A stretch of 64,000 nucleotides of DNA from Paramecium tetraurelia (Eukaryota): assembly GCA_000165425.1 (NCBI GenBank), contig CT868496.1, positions 62,001-126,000 on the forward strand, written 5' to 3'. Of the stretch, positions 13,048 through 26,806 are shown one piece after another. The notes beneath the pieces were generated by a model. That model saw nothing but the letters and a program-made list of their open reading frames with translations, did not search any database and had not been told where the DNA came from. The number at the start of each line of letters is the position of its first letter. Within the stretch, counting starts at the first letter, position 1. Position numbers and translations under genes: made by a program.

Positions 13048-14663
13048 TCATAATAAATCAAGTCTACGAGATCTATCCCACACAATTTTTCCATTTTATT
13101 TAAAATATTGAACTCTATGGCTTTTTAACCTAGCTGTTTGTATAATCAGAAAGAGGAACTTCCATAATTCCCAAGAATCTATCTTCACATCCAACAACAA
13201 AATCATCTTTATTGTATTTGACATCCCAAAGTATTCTATCAATAAACTAAAGAGTTGGTTTAAATTTCTTTTGCATTTCCTTCTGCTCTAAGATTTCTGG
13301 GAAATAGTTTTATATAGTTTTTTTATCCAAAATGGAACAAATAACAATTAGATAATCTTTGCCTAGATTTACATAATAATATTTGTATTCTCTCTTATAA
13401 CTATTATAATATTTTTAAGTTTTACTTAGATTTGATGAAGATCTTGGAAAAATCACTCCAATACTTAGATTACTATTATTGTAATTGTTGTTCTTGATCT
13501 TTGTATTCTTTCTAATCCTTAATATCTTTTTAATCTTGTCTACTTTTCTTCCTCTTCTTTCCACCCTCATCATTCTATTATTATGGTTATTATTGTTATG
13601 TATCTTTTTCTATTTTTAATTATTTTATTAATTTTCAGTCAAATACAGTCTACCTGAATGAGTTAAATTTTAGAAAGCCATGCTTAAAGTTCTTCATTTG
13701 TCCATTCCTTTATAGATTTAATATTCTCTCTTCCAAGAGCTAGGAAATAGTTCAGACCACTATAAATGGAAATAATCGATTTTCTATCAAAATAATTTTG
13801 ATGGACAGTTCTGATGTTAGGATCTGATACTTATTCATTCTTTGTGTCAGATTAATAAATTTTTTGGGTTTTTGATAAATAATAAATAGCATTGCTTCCC
13901 ATTGCAACTTAAATTATATTCTACGATAATATTATTAAGTACCTCATCCTCTGGTAAAATAATTTGTTTGTATTTTTGTGCTTGATCACAATTCTGGGTT
14001 GTTAGATCTTATAATTAATACAGAATTGCTCTGGTTTAATCAGAGTGTAATTAAGGTATCTTTTAAGGAATTGAGAATATTGCAGTTAGTTAAAAATAAG
14101 AGGTTTCAAAAAACTCAACATTCTAAGCAATCAAGTATTCTTCAAGATTTTCAAATGTAATAATTAAGTCACTGTCTCTTTTAGGTATATAAATTTTCCT
14201 TTACCTGCTGTTGAGAATTATTTTACTTATAATCTTAAATAATAAGCATTTAAATAAATTACTAAATTATAAAGTTCGGTTTCTGATTTATGAGATCTTA
14301 ATATTCATGCGATTGACAAATGTACAATCGATTTTGAATTGTGAGAATACCAGTATAGGTTAATCCAATTTGCATTGATTTTACTGGCATTTCTAGAATA
14401 TGACGTCTTTTGAAAGGTTTGACACTTTAATCAAATGACCAAAAGTAGGTATCTCTTCCATATAGAGTACGAAATATTATGTTTTATGGAGTAGTTGTAT
14501 TTGGATTATTGAATCCAATACTTGCCAAGAGTGATTTCAGGGTTAATTGCACATTTTCTTTTATTTATTTTGAAACTAACTGAAGGTTGAGCATATCCTT
14601 GATTATAAGAAAATTGGCGATGCTTCAGAATACATCAAACACTTATAACCGAGATTGCTACAT
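13048..14663 (-). pseudogene. Disrupted RCC1-like repeat + SAM-like + MJ1316 (DUF504) domain gene
   Basis: C-terminal FIDRILWD...DFVVGCEDRFLGIMEVPL...HRVQYFKQNGKIVWDRSRRLDLL matches MJ1316. IKEWTNEELQAWLSKI is SAM-like. IQVAMGSNAIYYL and ISIYSGLNYFLALG are RCC1-like. An in-frame TGA lies near the start and there are frameshifts. Confidence 0.7.
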
Positions 14664-14703
14664 TTTCTTTTATTTTATTCTTTAATAATAAAAATTAGAA
14701 TTA

Positions 14704-15564
14704 ATGTAAGAAATCAAACAAATACCATCATTTCTATCAAAATTATATGAAATTCTTGAAGTAATATACAATTTGTTATTGTTGAGTCCGAATAAAAAGC
14801 AATCGGATGGAATAAGGAAGGTACCTCATTTTAGATTTTGGATTCATCTCTATTGACAGACCAAATAATGCCTTAGTATTTCAAGCATCGCAATTATCAG
14901 AGCTTCCTTAGGTAGTTGATCAGTAATATCAAGTTAGATAACTCAATATGTATGGATTTAAGAAATTGAAAAACAAATAGGGGAAAAGTGAATTCCAACA
15001 TTCACAATTCAAAAGAGGTCTCAAGTATCAATTTGAAGCGATTTTCTTTAGGAATAGTTTACTGAAGATCAAAAGGAGAAATTAAGAGGATATTAAACAA
15101 AGTTTAGAATCTTTAACCAAAGAATTTGAATAAGAATCCTATCTCAATGAGCATGCAAGACTTCGCAAGTAGCTAGTGGAATTGCAATCAAATTAAAGAT
15201 CTCTCTTAGATGAGATCAGACGTTAAATGGAACGCAATCGAAATCTTCAAAGAGAAACTTAGGATGTTGCTGAGGTATAAACTATCAATCTATTGCATAG
15301 AGAATTAATACGGTGAAAAGTTATCAACTCAGAAAACTTAATAAACTAATTATCATCATTTAGAAACTCCCTGAAGATGCCCAGATTAGTAAAATGGCAT
15401 TGATGAAGGAAAAAATATTGAGAAAATTAGAACTCATTGAAGAGGAGAATGTCAATATGAATATGAAGGAGATATCTCTCGAAAAATAAGACTCCTACAT
15501 GTATTAAGAACCAAATCTAACTGGAGTCAAGAGTCCTGCTGGATACTCACCTAAAACTAAATGA
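14704..15564 (+). CDS. HSF-type DNA-binding transcription factor
   Basis: PSFLSKLYEILE..AIGWNKEGTSF...YFKHRNYQSFLRQLNMYGFKK...EFQHSQFKRG followed by a coiled coil. Confidence 0.93.
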
Positions 15565-15614
15565 AACCTATAATATTTATATATGTGTTTGATAATCGAT
15601 AGTAAAAATATTCT

Positions 15615-15621
15615 TGAGTCA
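15615..15621 (+). promoter_or_regulatory. AP-1-like TGAGTCA element upstream of oxidoreductase
   Basis: Exact TGAGTCA about 70 nt upstream of ATG 15692; function inferred only. Confidence 0.2.
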
Positions 15622-15691
15622 TCAAATTACACATTAATGCAAGTCAACGTTCAAAAAATTTTCTTTAAATCTTTAATTTTACATTATTAAA

Positions 15692-16847
15692 ATGAGAGGA
15701 GTAACCCTACGTAGATATCCAGATGAAAGTTTTCCTAAGAACATCGACTTCTTTGACTTGAAGGACTTCCCTATTCCAACAAATCTTAAGGAAAATGATC
15801 TTCTTATCAAAGTATGCTACGTCAGCATCGATCCTGTCATGAGAGTATGGTTTTCTGGAGCCAAGACTTATATTGACACTGTGCATCAAGGACAAATCAT
15901 CCCAGCTTTTGGATGTGGAGTTGTTGCTGAATCAAAAAGCAAAAGATTCACCAAGGGAGATTTAGTCTTAGGTGCCCTTGACTGTGCAGATTACTGTGTT
16001 AGATCAGCTAATGCAATATTCAAATTGCCAGCAGTCAAATCAAAACATGACCCAAACTTGCCTCTCTTTTTGTCAGTGTATATTTTAATTGTGATAATTT
16101 AGTTATGGTGTCACAGGCATCACTGCTCTCAAAGGATTACATCAAATTCCAAAGGAAAATCTCCCTACCAAGGAATCCAAGAAGACCCTTGTCGTTTCTT
16201 CAGCTGCAGGATCAACAGGATCATTTGCTCTATAAATAGGAAAACATTGGGGCTATCGAACTGTTGGTATTGTTAGCAGTAGAGACAAGAAAGACTTCGT
16301 ACTTTCACTAGGAGCTGACGCTTGTGTCTGTTACAATGACACCTTGGATTCTAATGGAATTGTTGATACAGAGTACTTTTATTCATAATCTTAATAGCAA
16401 ATTGACAAAATTGATTAAGTAAGCAGCTCCTGAAGGAGTGGATGCAATGTATGACAATTCAGGAGAGGAAGTCTTAGATGCAATCTTACCAGCCATGAAT
16501 AAGGGTGCATTCATTGTATTATGTGGAGCAACTGCTACATATTATACTTGGAAGAATAGAGGAGGATTGAAAAATTTAGCCCATTTCATCACTAAATAAA
16601 TTAAAGCTGAAGGAATCTTGTACTTCGGTTAAAAGAACGCCATTATAGAATCATTTAAAGAGATGAATGAATTAGTCACAGGAAAACACATTTAGTAATA
16701 TTTCTTACTTATTTGTATAGACATAAAGAAGAATTCATAAATGGATTAGAGAATGTGACAATAGGATTATAAAAGGTGTTTATGGGAAAGAACTTAGGAA
16801 GAGTTATTGTCAAACTAGACAATGAAGTTCCATTGCCAAAGTTTTGA
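15692..16847 (+). CDS. NADP-dependent oxidoreductase (prostaglandin/2-alkenal reductase, MDR family)
   Basis: YVSIDPVMR, GVVAESKSKRFTKGDLVLG, GVTGITA, VVSSAAGSTG, PEGVDAMYDNSG and GKNLGRVIV motifs; three introns. Confidence 0.93.
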
Positions 16848-17184
16848 AGCATATTTACATAACAAATTTAGAACATTCGAAAATTTCCAAAATAATATTC
16901 TTAAAACTAATAATAAATTGTTTTGATCTCACATTTCCTATTTCTCAAACCATCCAATGCGCATTCAAAAGAATTGGTTACCTAAAGATATCTTATCCAA
17001 TAGGCGAAACAATTAATATTCAGAAATTACAAATATTTAAATTGCTCTAAAAATTGGATAAGTCATCTGAATATTAATTTGATAGATAATGATTATCACC
17101 TTTTTGATAATGATTACTATAGAATATCTTTCTTAAATTATCAATCAAAATTTTATAACATGATCTGTTGAGATATTATATTTT

Positions 17185-19823
17185 ATGATTAAAAAATTAA
17201 ATAAAAGGAGTAATCTTTAATCTGCCCCTGAAATAATAAGAACAAGACAGAAGCCCCATTCAGATTTAGAGATTGAGAATTTGGTTATGCAAGACATTCG
17301 AAAGAAAATTTTGAATGATGAAATGAATACTATTTAATTTTATGATATAGTGTAACCCGATTAGGATGAAATGATTGCTACTTTAAAAGACTCTTAAAAG
17401 AAACCCATTAAATTGCACAGGAGAGTATAAAGAACTGATTTGGAAAGCAAATTAAGGGCTAGAATATCTAATGAGCCAGGCTCAAAGTTATTGTTATAAG
17501 AGATGTAATACATTCAAGAATATTTGTGAGTTATGAGAAATTAGAAGAGGATCCTGGGAAAAATGCAATTCCTATACATAAGAAATTACATTAAGAGGAA
17601 TAGCTTAAAGTGGATTTGCGATATAAACCTGAAAGTGAGGATCAATTAGTGGCAAATTTGGATTAATGGTACAAAGGAATAAAAAGGAAACGGAAGCAGC
17701 ATCAGGATCAATTGAGATAAGAGTAAGAGAATGAAAGTACTATAATTTTAAGATTTAAAAGGACTGACTAAAGCCTAAATGTAAGAAAGAACCTAATCCT
17801 TAATATAATAAAGGAGAGGGGGTTTAAATGACAAAACCAAACCAATTTAATCTACATCCTCTTTCCCAAAATTACTAATTGATTCAGCAAAAACAGAAAA
17901 TGAATAAAGCACTTTTAAGTAGAAGTTGTTGGGATCGTTGAAAAAGATTACTGCTATTAAAAAGATTGAGACTCTTCATTAAGACCCCTCTTTGAATAAA
18001 TAATTAGACAAATATTTATAACAAGGATCCAATCTAACCAAATAAGAATTAGCATAGATTGAATAAGCTAAAGCCAAACAATATGGGGATGATTAAAACA
18101 ATGGAACTTTAATTTTCGATTATACTGTTGAAGGATTGAAAAGTAGTTTACACACTATGATTAAAATGTAATTCACATCCTTTCAAAATGCAAGTGATAG
18201 AGCAATATTCTATGAAAAATAAACTAATTAAATTTTATTATCCATAAATTAAAGACTTGATAGACAAAAAAATACAGTAAAGAGGAATGAAAAAGACTTA
18301 GAAATATTGAGAATTGAAAATCATGAAATTCATAAAAAATTGAGAGGAATTTAAGATTTTGTAATAAACTGATTTTTTATTTTAGTTAAAAGAGAGAAAG
18401 GAGGAACTTATTGGAATTAATAAAAAACCATAGCAGTCTATTAATTCACCTAATATAAAACATAACTCCAGTTAAGTTGATAATTATATGGTCATTGCAA
18501 TTAAATAAAATGAGTTAGAGGCTTAAATTGAATAGATGAAGGATAATTATAATAATTTTTCAGAATAAATGAAACTAAATTCAATGTAAATAGAAAAATT
18601 AGAGTAAGAAAACTCTAAACTTAATAAGAACAACAAGACGCTTCTAAAATCTATTTAAGGCTTTCTATTAGAGCTTCTTAAATTAGGCTTAGATTGTCGA
18701 TCTTAAGGTTTATCTTGGATAATTAAGGCGATTTGGGATTCAGGCGAAAAAATAGCAGATTCAAATTTTCCTACTTATTTAGATAGCAAGGCCAGAGATT
18801 TTCTTTTTATTCGGGCTAAAAAAACAATAGAACTAAATGATCTATATAAAAAAGCACACTTCTTATTCAGAAATTATAGAGACACTACAATAGATACAGG
18901 AAACAATTCAGTCGTGTCTCTGTTATCAAAAAATTATTTTTCTTAAATTGATTCAATAGAAATTAAAAAATAGCATATTGATTAAATAAAATAAAGATAA
19001 TAAAATAATGTAGCCTTATTAACAGAAGGATTAAGCCCAACTGAACATAAATTAATAGAAAAAGCATTTACATAGATATTTTAAAGTAAAGAAACCCAAA
19101 ACGATATAATCTATTTGGAAGCTTCAAGGAAGATATCAAAAATGTTTAAGTAAGAAGGGTCTTAAGAATAATCTATTGTGTTCAGTGAGATAAACAACTT
19201 TGAAAAGGATAGGCTGATAAAGGAGTACCAATAAATTCAAAAGGATATTGAAATGAAAGAGAATTAATTTTAAAAATTGGAAGAAACAGAATTGTAGAGA
19301 TTAATAAAGGAAATTGATTATAAGAATTATTTGGCAAGGTTAGAAACTTAATATTTTATAGATTTAACATTGAAGCATTGTAAGTATTGGCAGCACAATT
19401 TGGATATTAAAAAGCAGAGAGAGAGTTGATTAAATATGGGCTGTTGCATAAAATTGTGAATAATTGAGAATATAAATATTTATCAAGATGTTCCTTTATA
19501 TATAGGTGTAATTTAGTTTTGAATTTCCATAATGATTTTAAATTACTATTTGGTTTTTTTGGGATGAGTTTGCAGTTGGATAGCCATTTTAAGTCTCCAA
19601 TCTCCTCAATTTTTGGGTAATCTTCATAAGGCACCTTCAAAATATAATGGATAATTGACAAAATTTGAAGAAAATGCATTCAGTTTGGCCCTAATTTATT
19701 TATTAAGTTTGGTAACCTAAATCATGTAGACTGTAATAATTAAGAATCAATGTCCTTTTAGTTATTGATTGTTTATAAATATACTATTATGGAGAAATAG
19801 ATCATATAATAATTTAATAATGA
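17185..19823 (+). CDS. Large hypothetical coiled-coil protein
   Basis: Long K/E/Q-rich open frame with several short introns; no domain recognised; 3' end approximate. Confidence 0.65.
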
Positions 19824-19845
19824 TTTTATTTAATAAAATATATCA

Positions 19846-22800
19846 TCATCGCTTTTGTTTCCATATCTTATCATACAATTACAACTCCTCTAGTGAAATA
19901 CTATCGAATAATAGCACATCTTCCTTATACACGATTATTCTTTTTTAATTTTCAAGTTGAATGACATAGTATTGTAACTAGTCATTTTTGTTCATTATTT
20001 ATCCTATTACATCGCATGTTTCTAATTGTTTCGATCCATATCTGCATCTCAAATACACCAAATGTTAATTGAATTTTAATAATTATTTATTCTTTAATAT
20101 TTAATTGTTGTCCAGTGATAATAATCTCTGGTTGTTTTCTAATAACTCTTTAATAGTTGTTGCAGTAGTCTATATTTCTTTTATCAATTTAAATTATTTG
20201 GTTATCTGATATTGAATGTTTCGAACGTTCCCAAAACTACTGAATTTCAATCTTAATATCAAAGTTTCTAGAAATATACAATATCATTACATGTTCGTAG
20301 CTATTATAAAAACGATCCTGCATTGTCTAATAAGTATAATCTGTTATTCTGATCAACAAACAAGATATCATATGAGTTGTACTTGAGATAATGGTTTATC
20401 AACAAATTATTGAAATAATCTGTTAAATCAACACTTTATTCGTAATTCTCATCAGAAATCAAAACTTTTAAAAATCTAACATCTCCGCTTTCTAATTTTT
20501 CTCTCCTCATCTATTTATGACTTACCTTTTCATTTGGAATGAACAGATTCAATACTTCTTATTATTTTTGTTTATCTTAGGTTAACTTCAATAAAATATC
20601 AATCAAATAAATTTATTAATTACCAGCCAATAGGAACTTTTGATATAATTCATCCAAATTACATGATGCAGGATTTAATTTAAAATATTGCATCATCAAT
20701 TATCTAAATTCTGTCTAAGATAAAGAATTCCCTCTCTTAAAAGCATCTGGATGTGCTAAGAAGTTATGTTAAACCTTGAATTGTGATGCAAGGTCATTAA
20801 AATTACTTATAGCAGTATCCTTGCTAATCACTCTTTCATATGGCAATCCTTCTCCAACAAGTAGAATGGAATATTCCAATTCAGATATTTGATAGTGTCT
20901 TTGCATATCATAATTGTCGTTTAAGATCAATGAGTTCTTGTAAATGGTGTTTATCATATAGTAGCCTAAGTCAATTTATCCTTTAAAATTGTCGTTTATT
21001 TAAATTTCCAAAATAGACGAAGCAAATGGCAATTCAAAATATAATCCATCTTATTCACTTTTTCTTTGGTTCTAAATTGTAACCACATTTTATTCATGAA
21101 ATGTTATTTGGTGTAAATGCAAAGAATGAATCAAAATATGGATTTTCTAAATCTGTTATTTGAACAGAAACTTCGATTAGTTTCTTGGTAAACTTGCTGA
21201 TTACTACTATTATTCTTGGATCTCATAAATGGAGCCTTCGTGTTCTTCAGGAACATCAATTATAAAGCTTTATTAATGTGGTTTTTATTGTTAAATCTAC
21301 TCATTGCAAATTTACTCCAAAGGGTTACCATTTGAAGTCAAAATTTCAAAAATTTACTCATCATTATTTAGATATACAAATTCTTGTTGATTATAGGAGT
21401 CATAACATGCCATTATCAATTTCTCAGGATCACATAATAACTTACCATAAATGGTCAATCCTGTGATGAATTCTTCTTTGGTTCGATATTATTTATAGTC
21501 CACTTCAGTTAGAATTCCACCAATTACACTAGCTATTGCTTTACTCAAATCTCCATTGACAAAACCAATTCCAATTATGTAATCAAATACTCTTAACCAT
21601 ATATCAAAATAAAAGAAATCACTGAATAGATTATTCAAATGGGTTCTCAACCATTCAACATCAATTTAATCATGTTAAATCTTAGGAATCATCAATTTGT
21701 AATCCAAACATTGAATTACTTTAAATACATAATCATCACAAGGTTGCATCCTTTAAGATAAAAGTTAAAACAGTCTTATAGTCAAAATCATTTTATTTTT
21801 TGTATGATTCCACAATTCAAAATAATCCAAGAGATATGGAATATCATTTTTCCATTACTGCATCTTTTTTATATATTGATCTGTCCAAACAGTCGTCTGT
21901 TTAAATTATAAACTGTTGACATAGTTCTACATTTTATTACGATTCAGTTCTTTGATATCTTAATCTATAATTTTCATTTGATAATATTTTTCTAAAATGT
22001 TTTCGTTTTCATTCCATTCCAATCCAAAATCTTATGCATATTTTTATACTTTTGTGTTAAATTGTAAGAAAATAGGAATTAAATCAATCCTAGATTGTTA
22101 AGTAAACCCTTTCTTACAGGCATCAATTATTTTATTTTTAACAAAACACTATTTATTTTGAATTGGGTTGAGTTACAAGTATTCAGCCAATAAGGCAGAT
22201 TTATTTTTTTTTTCCCCTGTTCCTAATTCTTCTACGATGTACTCCTGAATTTCAATCAAATCATCATCTGACTATTTACTATTAACCCATATTTATCCTC
22301 TAGTTTGAAGAGCATTCTCCAAAGATTCAATCTTAAAGGAATTCCACTTCTCTTACAAACTATTGCAAGGAGTTTTCAATTGTTTAACAAAATTCTTCAA
22401 CTCTTAGGCTGTAAAAGGCATTTCTATAATATCTAAATAAAATGGATTAACAGTAGAATTCTAAATCTAAAATGGAGAGTCTTCATGGATGTCTATTTAT
22501 AACAGAGGGACATTCAATAATTCATTTCCTGTTGCATTTTATTATAGATTGGCTGACACATCTAAACCCGTAAAATGTCTTCGATTATTATTTAAGTTTT
22601 TCTCAAATTCAAGTAAGTGTATTTTACCTTGCATAACCTTCTTTGCAGCAGCCAAAAAAGCCTAGATATTATTTTATTATTCTTAGGTTCTTGCAAGGAT
22701 TTTCTCATTCACTTCTTGATAGTCATCATAAATCACAATTTCTAAGACATCCTAATTCTAAAATCCCGATAAAGTAACCTATAAATCAGTTGTCCATCCC

Positions 22801-23961
22801 TTCATATCTAATTACATAAAATTGATCAATTAGCCTTTGTCAAATTCTATTCTACCATGACCTTTTTAATCTGAAGCTTTAAATTGAATATATAAGATTG
22901 GATTATATAACTTAAGATGTTATCCTATAATTAATTTAAAATTTGTAAGATGTAAATCTTTGTGTTAAGGTAACTGTTGTTGTTATTATTATTGTTATTA
23001 TTGTTGTATATGTGACTACTACTATATTTGAGAGATCCTTTATTATTCATTTTCAATATCTTCAATCTCTTATTACAATTTCCTTTCCTCTTCTTCTAAT
23101 TTTCTTTATTCTTCTTCTTCTAAATCTTCCTTCTATTTTAATATTTTATCAGCAATCTGCTTCCAATGGTTCAGTAATTCCCTGGCTGCTGAAAGCTCTT
23201 TTTACTTTATAAATTTCTCTTGTTCTTGCAACTTCAAAAGCTTTTATTGCTTCAAGATTGACTCCTAATGAATTTTCTCCTATTCAGCCATTTTGTATAG
23301 AATCTTCAATGTTTATTCATATTTTGTTTTATCATAATCCTGCAATTCATCAAATTCTTAGATATATTGATTTTAATCTTTTAGTTTTTTTTATTCAATT
23401 TTAGATGCCTCATTATGTATTTTTTCAACTTGTCTTGAGATGATAACTAAACCTGATTTTTTATACCACACTTTCATGATTTTATTGAGCAAATCTTTGG
23501 AGTGATTAAGTTTCTGTTAATTTTTGAACTTCAAAAATTCTACAAATCTCAACCCCATATCAAGAGTTTCAAAATAAACAGCAGTTGGTTTTTAAAATTA
23601 TTGTATTTATCCATTATTCTACCCATTATTATGTCGATCAAATAATACTCTAACTATTTTGTTCTAATTGCTTGTCCATCTAAAAAAAGCTTTTTGATTT
23701 TCAGGTAATATATCAAATTCTTACTAATTTATTAAATGGCAATACTTTAGTGATCAAAAAAAACCCAGTTGGGTAATTTATGGATTTATTATTTTTAGTC
23801 TGCACCATATTTTGTTCATCAAGTCGAACTTATCTAGGCAATAATTTTCCATGCGGCTTCGGTTGTTTTTCCATTTCAATAACTTAACCTGTAATAAATT
23901 TTCTTGTATCCTTGTTGTGAGCTTATTGGAAACTCTTTGTAAATATTGCAGAATAACTCAT
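19846..23961 (-). CDS. Large multidomain protein with divergent Rab-GAP TBC-like domain
   Basis: IDACKKGF..SRIDL, IIDQDIKEL and WLRTHLNNLFSDFFYFDIWLRVFDYII resemble TBC; coiled coil and Q-run in the N-terminal half; EF-hand-like LSQTEFRQLM near the C-terminus. Confidence 0.7.
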
Positions 23962-24064
23962 AAATAATAATGTAAAAAATGTTAAGTCAGATAATATTAA
24001 AGTTCGTTGATAAAGAGATAAGATATTATTATTTGTATTAAATGATTATAATGTGTAACTTAAC

Positions 24065-25009
24065 TCATTCAAGGTAAGCAACATAGGATTCTCTTTGAAC
24101 ACCACATGGGTTACCAGTGGCGGGTAATCTGATGTATCCTGCTTCTCCCCATGATGTTCCCCATGAATTCTTGATAATCCAAACTCCGTCCTCTTAGAAA
24201 CCAGTAGCCAAGACAGCATGGTTTAATGATTTGTAAGTACATTTAGTGAAGACACCACTCTTATAGTTTTACCATGAATTGGCATCAACAGCAACAGTGA
24301 TTGGTTAATAAGAAAGTGCTGTGTACATGTTATCTGCAGCTACAACTTAATATCCTGATGGTTTGTATTAACCAGTTGAATATTTGCATTGTTTGTTTTG
24401 AACTCCATCATATGGATATTATTTGTCTGTGGTGAGACCATTCTTTTTAGCCCATTGAATACCCAAATTTTCAAAACCACCATTGCATCCATTGTTTGTA
24501 CCTTTATCACAATCAACTAATTATTATTCTGATAACCAGAGATCTTTTGAAATGACTCCCTTAATTGTCAAAAGAGTTTCTACTGCACCAACAGCAGAGA
24601 AAGCCCAACATGAACCACAGTTACCTTAGTTCTTGACTGATGTAATCTTTGACCAATCAGCTGATGCCTTAAGAGGTCCTTATGGGACATATAATTCAGC
24701 ATCAAGATTCATGGGGGATTCTTTTCTTGTCAAAAGTAAGGCAGCGAATTCTTCATTTGTCAAATCGGTGAATTAGGTTTCTCCGAAAACAGTTGTGCTA
24801 TTTTCTTCGGAATTCAAGATTTGGATTTATTTCATTGCATCTTAATAAACTTAGAATCTGTAAGCTCTCTCGGCTGGTGTGTAGAATTTGCCGAATTGAT
24901 TTGTGTATTTATCAAATTACACTCTTAAATCCAAAGATTCTGGTTAGCTAAGTTAGTGGATGCCAACTGTTAATAATGTGATGGCTGCTAATGCTAATAA
25001 TTTGTTCAT
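24065..25009 (-). CDS. Cathepsin L-like papain-family cysteine protease (C1A) with signal peptide and I29 prodomain
   Basis: Intronless, 314 aa; [22 protein letters not shown] and [16 protein letters not shown] motifs. Confidence 0.97.
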
Positions 25010-26723
25010 TATTATTAATAATCCTTTCCTTTTTAATTTCCTTTTATAATTGGAGTGGTGACATCATCGTTAAAAAATAATTACAATCTTTAAATTAATC
25101 TTTATTAATCAAATGCACTATAAGATATTACTATTATGCACTCTCTAATTAAAAAGGATCTTCCTATGACGACATCCTTATTTTCTCATCAAAAATTGAT
25201 TAATATGGCTCAAGTACGTCTACTAATTTTGTGATGCTTACAATTGGAATATTTTGAAAAACCCAAAATTATCATCCAAGCTACCTCACATCTCTAAATA
25301 TATCCATGGTTTCTTTATTGATTTATAAATACCAACTAATTGTTTAAGCTAATTTTAATAACTATATTTTGGAAATAATATATTAACAGCTTCCGGTTAC
25401 TCTAAAACATATGGAAGCTTCTTAAATGCCCTTTAAACTCGATTCTTCTTGAATTTTAATCATTTTTACACTTAAGTTTGAATTGAAATAGAAATGTAAA
25501 AATTGGAAATCAAGTATCATAATTTATTATAAGGGAACTTTAAAAAGGGTTTCTAGATACCATCTTAAAAAATCATAAGTAGTATAAAACAAAAAGATAT
25601 TTAGGGATAATTTTGATAGTGTCATTTAATCATTTAAAATATCAATAAGATTATCGTAAAAAATAATATTCATTTAATATTCATGTAAATTAATGATTAA
25701 AGTGAAAAAATTATAACTATCTGAAATCATTTCTTTATTTGCTATTTGCTAAAAGAATAGTAGCAATTTTGTTCACAAATTATTTATTTATTTAAAACAT
25801 GACGAATAATTGTTTTAACTCCATATAAATTTGAATTCTATTTAATATTACTTTAAATATTTGTAAGACAAGAAATGATGATTACATTTGTTACTTAAGA
25901 ATAACTTTTCTTTTTAAGATGATATTATTCACAAAAGAGAATGATCATTAAAAAATTAAATGACCTTTCATATTCTTATAATTAAGGTTAAGGTCTAAAG
26001 TTCAAAAATGAAAATAATTTTTTGAGTTCAAACAGATTGAGAAAGAATTAAATAAATAAGAAAATAAATAGAAACGAGAATCAATTTTTCCTAGTTTGCC
26101 TAATTAGAACTTATTTAATATATTTTAGAGTAAAACTTGTTTCGCAATTAAGAACAGAAAAAGAAAATTTGTTAAAGTCAAAATATCATTCTGGTGTCAT
26201 ATAAGAACCGAAAAGCAACTTTATGCTATATTATTCAATAGAAGGATTGAATTCCTAATTTGATGATCTCTTAAGCCCGTAATTAAAAGAGAACTATATA
26301 ATAATTTGAAGGCTTGCTATTATCGAAATAGGATGAGAATATAAAGTAAATGAAAGGGCTGATAATTTAAAACTTTTCTAAGAGAAGGATAAATATAAAA
26401 TAATTGCCACTTCATTCAAGGCTGACTATGTGGGATTTAGTGAGTTGCTGAAAATCATATCATTAAGATTGAGCCTTGTTGGTAAATTTTATGAATAACA
26501 TTGAATGAATCTCTAAATGGGATTTAATAAGATTAGGTAGAAAGAAATCAAATTAAATAAATTAATTACTTAGGATTGTGTTGAATAGAGAGAACCATTA
26601 AAATACGTGATGCTAATAAGATCAATTTAAAAATAGTATAAGCATTTATATAATAAGCCACTAGAGAATGGAAATATTAAAATGTATTGAATACTTACTT
26701 TTGTCTTTATTAAAAATATTCTT

Positions 26724-26806
26724 NNNNNNNNNNNNNNNNNNNNNNNNNNNNNNNNNNNNNNNNNNNNNNNNNNNNNNNNNNNNNNNNNNNNNNNNNNNNN
26801 NNNNNN
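26724..26806. other. Assembly gap (83 N)
   Basis: Run of N in the sequence. Confidence 0.99.

Noticed and set aside
22975..23010. TTG/TTA trinucleotide run
   Set aside because: Poly-Gln coding (CAA/TAA) within the TBC-like gene, not an independent repeat element.
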